Assembly: GCA_000002435.2 (NCBI GenBank)
Contig: CM018793.1
Source: Giardia intestinalis
Taxonomy: Eukaryota
Length of the DNA stretch: 64,000 nt
Strand: one strand, 5' to 3'
Positions 60,711-64,000 of this stretch are shown here, in pieces. Each line of letters begins with the position of its first letter. Positions within the stretch are counted from its first letter, which is position 1. The translations under genes were made by a program, and so were the position numbers. A model generated the notes under the pieces. It did no database searches. It was given only the letters and a program-made list of their open reading frames with translations, and was not told the origin of the DNA.

Positions 60711-63700
60711 AGCGGCATTTTTGTTGAACCATTCAATGAAATCTGCCCATTCATGACACTCAGTGTAGTAGTAACTTCTACGGTAGCGAATGACGACTCC
60801 ATCGACAACAATATAAAGGCGGAGCTCTCGGACAGGGCCAGTTGGGAGGAGCTTGAAGAGGACGGTATAGGAATGGTTGCTCAGTTTCTCAATAAAGACG
60901 CGGTAGCCAGGTTTTGATGATTGAAGAAGCGTCTGTTTGGCTTGCTCCTTTGCAGGCTCGCCCTCCTCGTCTTTTCCGCTCACAAAGTAGCTGCTTCGCG
61001 CGATGGAGCGCAGAAAGTTATTAATCGGTCGGACAAAGTCTCGTATGATGCTCTCCAAAGAGTCAAAAACACGCTCGTTGGGAAAGGAAAGGGCCTCGTC
61101 GGGTAAGACCAGCTGCCTGATCACCAGTTTCTTGCTCACTGCCAGAGAGTTGCGTTGCCCGTTTGGAAGGAGAGGTTTGTAGCGCTCATCCTCCTGAATA
61201 GTGAAGTACATTAGCGACCTTGTGGTCTGCTGAGCCTCGGGGACACACATCACTAAGCGCAGCTTGTTGGGCCCGTTTCTGTGCGGTACAAAAATGAATG
61301 GTCGCTCGTCCACCTCTCGTTGAGCGTTCAGATACTCATATATCTTGCTCCCAAAGATATTCCTGAAATAAGGGTCGCTGATCTCTCTGCGAACGATGCT
61401 TGGGCGGAGGTCCTGCTGCTGTCGGTGAAGATGGTCTGCGTATCGCTGGGAGCCAATAAAAAGAAGGACAGGAATGTAAGTGAAGTAGTTCCAGTGGGCC
61501 TCCCTGCAGAGAAAGACAAGAGGCATGTGTGTCTCCACCGTTAGCCTGTCTAAGAACACTTGGTCAGCCCTTTCTAGTGGGTCAGAAATGTCACTGTACT
61601 CTGCCAAAATAGATGCCAGCTCAGTCCGGAGCTGCGGATGTCGGTCCTCGATAGTGCCGATATTGTTCAAGAAGTAACTCAGATAGTTAGCGAATAGCTC
61701 ATCAATCCTAAACGCGTTACTGAAAAAGCCTCTGTCGCCAAATAGCTCATTCAGCTGCGTCTGCAGGGCCTTGTTCAAAAGGTCCCGATACAAGCTCCCA
61801 ATAATGGTCCCGGACGACCCGGATAGAAGAGTGTACAGAGCAAGCCTAGTGAACGTTCTACACTGGGTTTGCCTCGTTTCGCCAGGATCAGATATGCCTA
61901 CGTCTGACAGTGCTCTGAGGAGATGCATTAGTGCCTCGCTGATGGAGACGGGTTTCTCCAAAAATGAGGCGAATTTCTTTGGCATCTTGTCGATTCTATT
62001 AAAGTACGTATTGGTTATAGAGGTGCTTAGCTTGCTGTACCTATAGCATTGTTCTGTACTCAAAATTGCATCCAGAAGACGAAGCTGTAGCTTATTCATG
62101 TGAAGCTGAGGAAGACAGTCCACTACCTTGACCTGCCTGTCAAACGCTGCGTCTTCGTCACGGGAGAGCGTGACCACAAGGGAAAGGACATTTTGATGAA
62201 GATCTATGCCAAAAAGGTAAGCATCAAACTCTGTTTCGATGGCACCCTCAGTTTCCAGTGTGGAAAGATCAGACAGCAAGGAAACCTGGCCTGTAAGACC
62301 TTCGTAACGGCTCACGCGCACCCGCTTCATCACAGAGTTGGTAATCCACTGAGCTGCAGGACAGAACACCTTGAATGCCCTATACCGCGAAAAAACTGCA
62401 GGGTTGGATTCCCCAGATAAAGATATGAAGATTATCTCCTTGCTGTACTCAATGAACGGCCGTCCCGCATCGATAAGCTCCATTGTGGGATAACGGAGCT
62501 GGTGATAGCGCGTTGCTTGGGTAATGACATCCAGTACTTGGGAGAGAACGGGCCGAATATTCTCGGCAGAGCACAGAAGATCCCGCAAAAGAGGATCTAT
62601 TGTCATAAGTTGGGAGCATAGGAAAATGAACCCCTCTGTGAAGTCCTTCTTCCCGCTACCAAGCTCATCACCGGAACTGCTTCTTGCAGTTCGATTGAGC
62701 CGCCCAACCAAGTACTTTACCAGCTCCTGCTGAAGAACGGATGCCGACCCTCCTGCGACAGAGGAGTGCTCCACGTAGTCGTCGCCAATGCTAGACACAT
62801 ACGTCTCTTTAAATCCCTTGTAAAAAGCCAGCAATAGGTTTTCAACAGGCTCTTCGTCACCAAGTTTGTCTAGTTCTCGGTCCATTCCTTTGTAGAGAGT
62901 ACAGATCTTTTTATAGTCATCGAGCTCCTCAAGATACAGTTGCAGCGCTTTGTTGTCCCCACTCTGCTTTATAGATAAATACCTGTAAAGCTCTTTGGCA
63001 AATAGAAGCCTAGACGGTTGAGGATTTAGATCCTTTAGTGGCACGCCCTCTGCTATGCTTGGCTGTATTCTTCCTAGCCAGTTTGGAGCCTCTTCCAAGG
63101 CAAGCTGATTGATCGAGCTGAAAAATTGGCGATGATTTTCTTCAGCCTTATTATGCAACTCGTTACGAAGACCGTCCAGCGCAGATCTTAAATCAGTGCC
63201 TCTGTTAAATAAAGGGTCAGCAATCAAACTACTACATGATGCCTTAAACAGCAGGCTTGTTAATATTAGTGCAAGGTTCCTAGCGGCACAATAGTCTGTC
63301 TGATACAAACCCATCTTGAGGGTCAAGTTGTGTAGAAAATCATCAAGCTTTTTGGAACCTTTAAACAAGCAAAACTTGAGGAAAAGACTAGCAACTAGTT
63401 GGGTCTCTTTACCAGATAGAGACACCATGTCATGATAGGTGAGCCCCATAAATTCCTTCAGCTCCAAACTGCTCAGGTAGTTAGTAAGGTTTTCAGGCCA
63501 GAAGATGGCATCTGAGTACAGAGTCTGCGGCTGGGTCCTTTCCGTCAAGCTTTCATTTGTGTAGCCATCCTCCTCATCCTGCACACTATTAGAAAATGCA
63601 TTGATGGAGACACTATGATAAAGCTGGGTGTAGTACAACTCCAACGAATTTTGTATCAGCATAGTACGATCGATAGCGTGTCGGTACCTGTTAAATGAAA

Positions 63701-63938
63701 AATCTTTAATTCGTGGCCCAATCCAACGTAGAAGCAGTGTAGTTACAATATTAGGATTCTCAGCAGTGTAGGCAGCAGAGTATGCTCCACCCGGGTAGCT
63801 CAATATCACGTCATGTGTGATCGAACACCCGTGGGCCAACGCGACGTTAACCAACTCGATGTATTTGCAGACTCTTTTCATGACATTCGTGGGGGTGTAC
63901 TTTGGATTGGTAAAGAAATCTATTAAGCTCTTCTTCAT
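60699..63938 (-). CDS. large hypothetical protein (1079 aa)
   Basis: Uninterrupted 3.2-kb ORF with no recognisable motif. The window ends 62 nt upstream of its ATG. Confidence 0.65.
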   Translation of the reverse strand: MKKSLIDFFTNPKYTPTNVMKRVCKYIELVNVALAHGCSITHDVILSYPGGAYSAAYTAENPNIVTTLLLRWIGPRIKDFSFNRYRHAIDRTMLIQNSLELYYTQLYHSVSINAFSNSVQDEEDGYTNESLTERTQPQTLYSDAIFWPENLTNYLSSLELKEFMGLTYHDMVSLSGKETQLVASLFLKFCLFKGSKKLDDFLHNLTLKMGLYQTDYCAARNLALILTSLLFKASCSSLIADPLFNRGTDLRSALDGLRNELHNKAEENHRQFFSSINQLALEEAPNWLGRIQPSIAEGVPLKDLNPQPSRLLFAKELYRYLSIKQSGDNKALQLYLEELDDYKKICTLYKGMDRELDKLGDEEPVENLLLAFYKGFKETYVSSIGDDYVEHSSVAGGSASVLQQELVKYLVGRLNRTARSSSGDELGSGKKDFTEGFIFLCSQLMTIDPLLRDLLCSAENIRPVLSQVLDVITQATRYHQLRYPTMELIDAGRPFIEYSKEIIFISLSGESNPAVFSRYRAFKVFCPAAQWITNSVMKRVRVSRYEGLTGQVSLLSDLSTLETEGAIETEFDAYLFGIDLHQNVLSLVVTLSRDEDAAFDRQVKVVDCLPQLHMNKLQLRLLDAILSTEQCYRYSKLSTSITNTYFNRIDKMPKKFASFLEKPVSISEALMHLLRALSDVGISDPGETRQTQCRTFTRLALYTLLSGSSGTIIGSLYRDLLNKALQTQLNELFGDRGFFSNAFRIDELFANYLSYFLNNIGTIEDRHPQLRTELASILAEYSDISDPLERADQVFLDRLTVETHMPLVFLCREAHWNYFTYIPVLLFIGSQRYADHLHRQQQDLRPSIVRREISDPYFRNIFGSKIYEYLNAQREVDERPFIFVPHRNGPNKLRLVMCVPEAQQTTRSLMYFTIQEDERYKPLLPNGQRNSLAVSKKLVIRQLVLPDEALSFPNERVFDSLESIIRDFVRPINNFLRSIARSSYFVSGKDEEGEPAKEQAKQTLLQSSKPGYRVFIEKLSNHSYTVLFKLLPTGPVRELRLYIVVDGVVIRYRRSYYYTECHEWADFIEWFNKNAALLR

Positions 63939-64000
63939 GTAAATCCGTGTCAGCTTAGTGAAGTAGACATTTGCTATAAGATACCGAGTAGCGTCTGCAG

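Overview
The window looks like a compact diplomonad (Giardia-type) nuclear chromosome segment. This organism call is an inference from several signals. Short A/T-rich initiators abut the ATG codons. AGTRAAY poly(A) motifs overlap or follow the stop codons. Intergenic spacers can be as short as 7 bp. The gene content also fits: a 'TALMWAA'-type ankyrin protein, a huge CXXC/EGF-like high-cysteine membrane protein and an SF-assemblin/giardin-like protein. The window has two very different parts. (A) Positions 1 to ~20.4 kb form a dense gene island of strictly alternating orientation, built around a protein-primed-type family-B DNA polymerase (pPolB) paired with a deoxynucleoside kinase. The island also carries a RING protein, two large membrane-anchored proteins (one Cys/Trp-rich, one a coiled-coil 'fibre' with a C-terminal head) and several small orphans. 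The polB-dNK-small ORF-~200-aa ORF block occurs twice (7.1-12.7 kb and 14.2-19.2 kb). The second polB is 5'-truncated and frame-broken. Each block ends in a different 'cargo' gene plus a ~420-460-bp repeat module (R) that has a sharp 3' boundary, an 18-bp hairpin and iteron-like GAATCA arrays. Further scrambled polB and RING-like fragments follow. No integrase, capsid, packaging ATPase or protease is recognisable by eye, so this is not a canonical Polinton or adenovirus layout. It is the candidate novel system. (B) Positions 20.45-24.3 kb are a gene-free stretch, very GC-rich at first. After it, 24.3-64 kb holds ordinary host genes: TBCC, a giardin-like protein, Glu-tRNA synthetase, proteasome Rpt1, SEC11, WD40 proteins, the high-cysteine membrane protein and many lineage-specific orphans. 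No rRNA, tRNA or CRISPR array was seen. All percentages and identities quoted are by-eye estimates.
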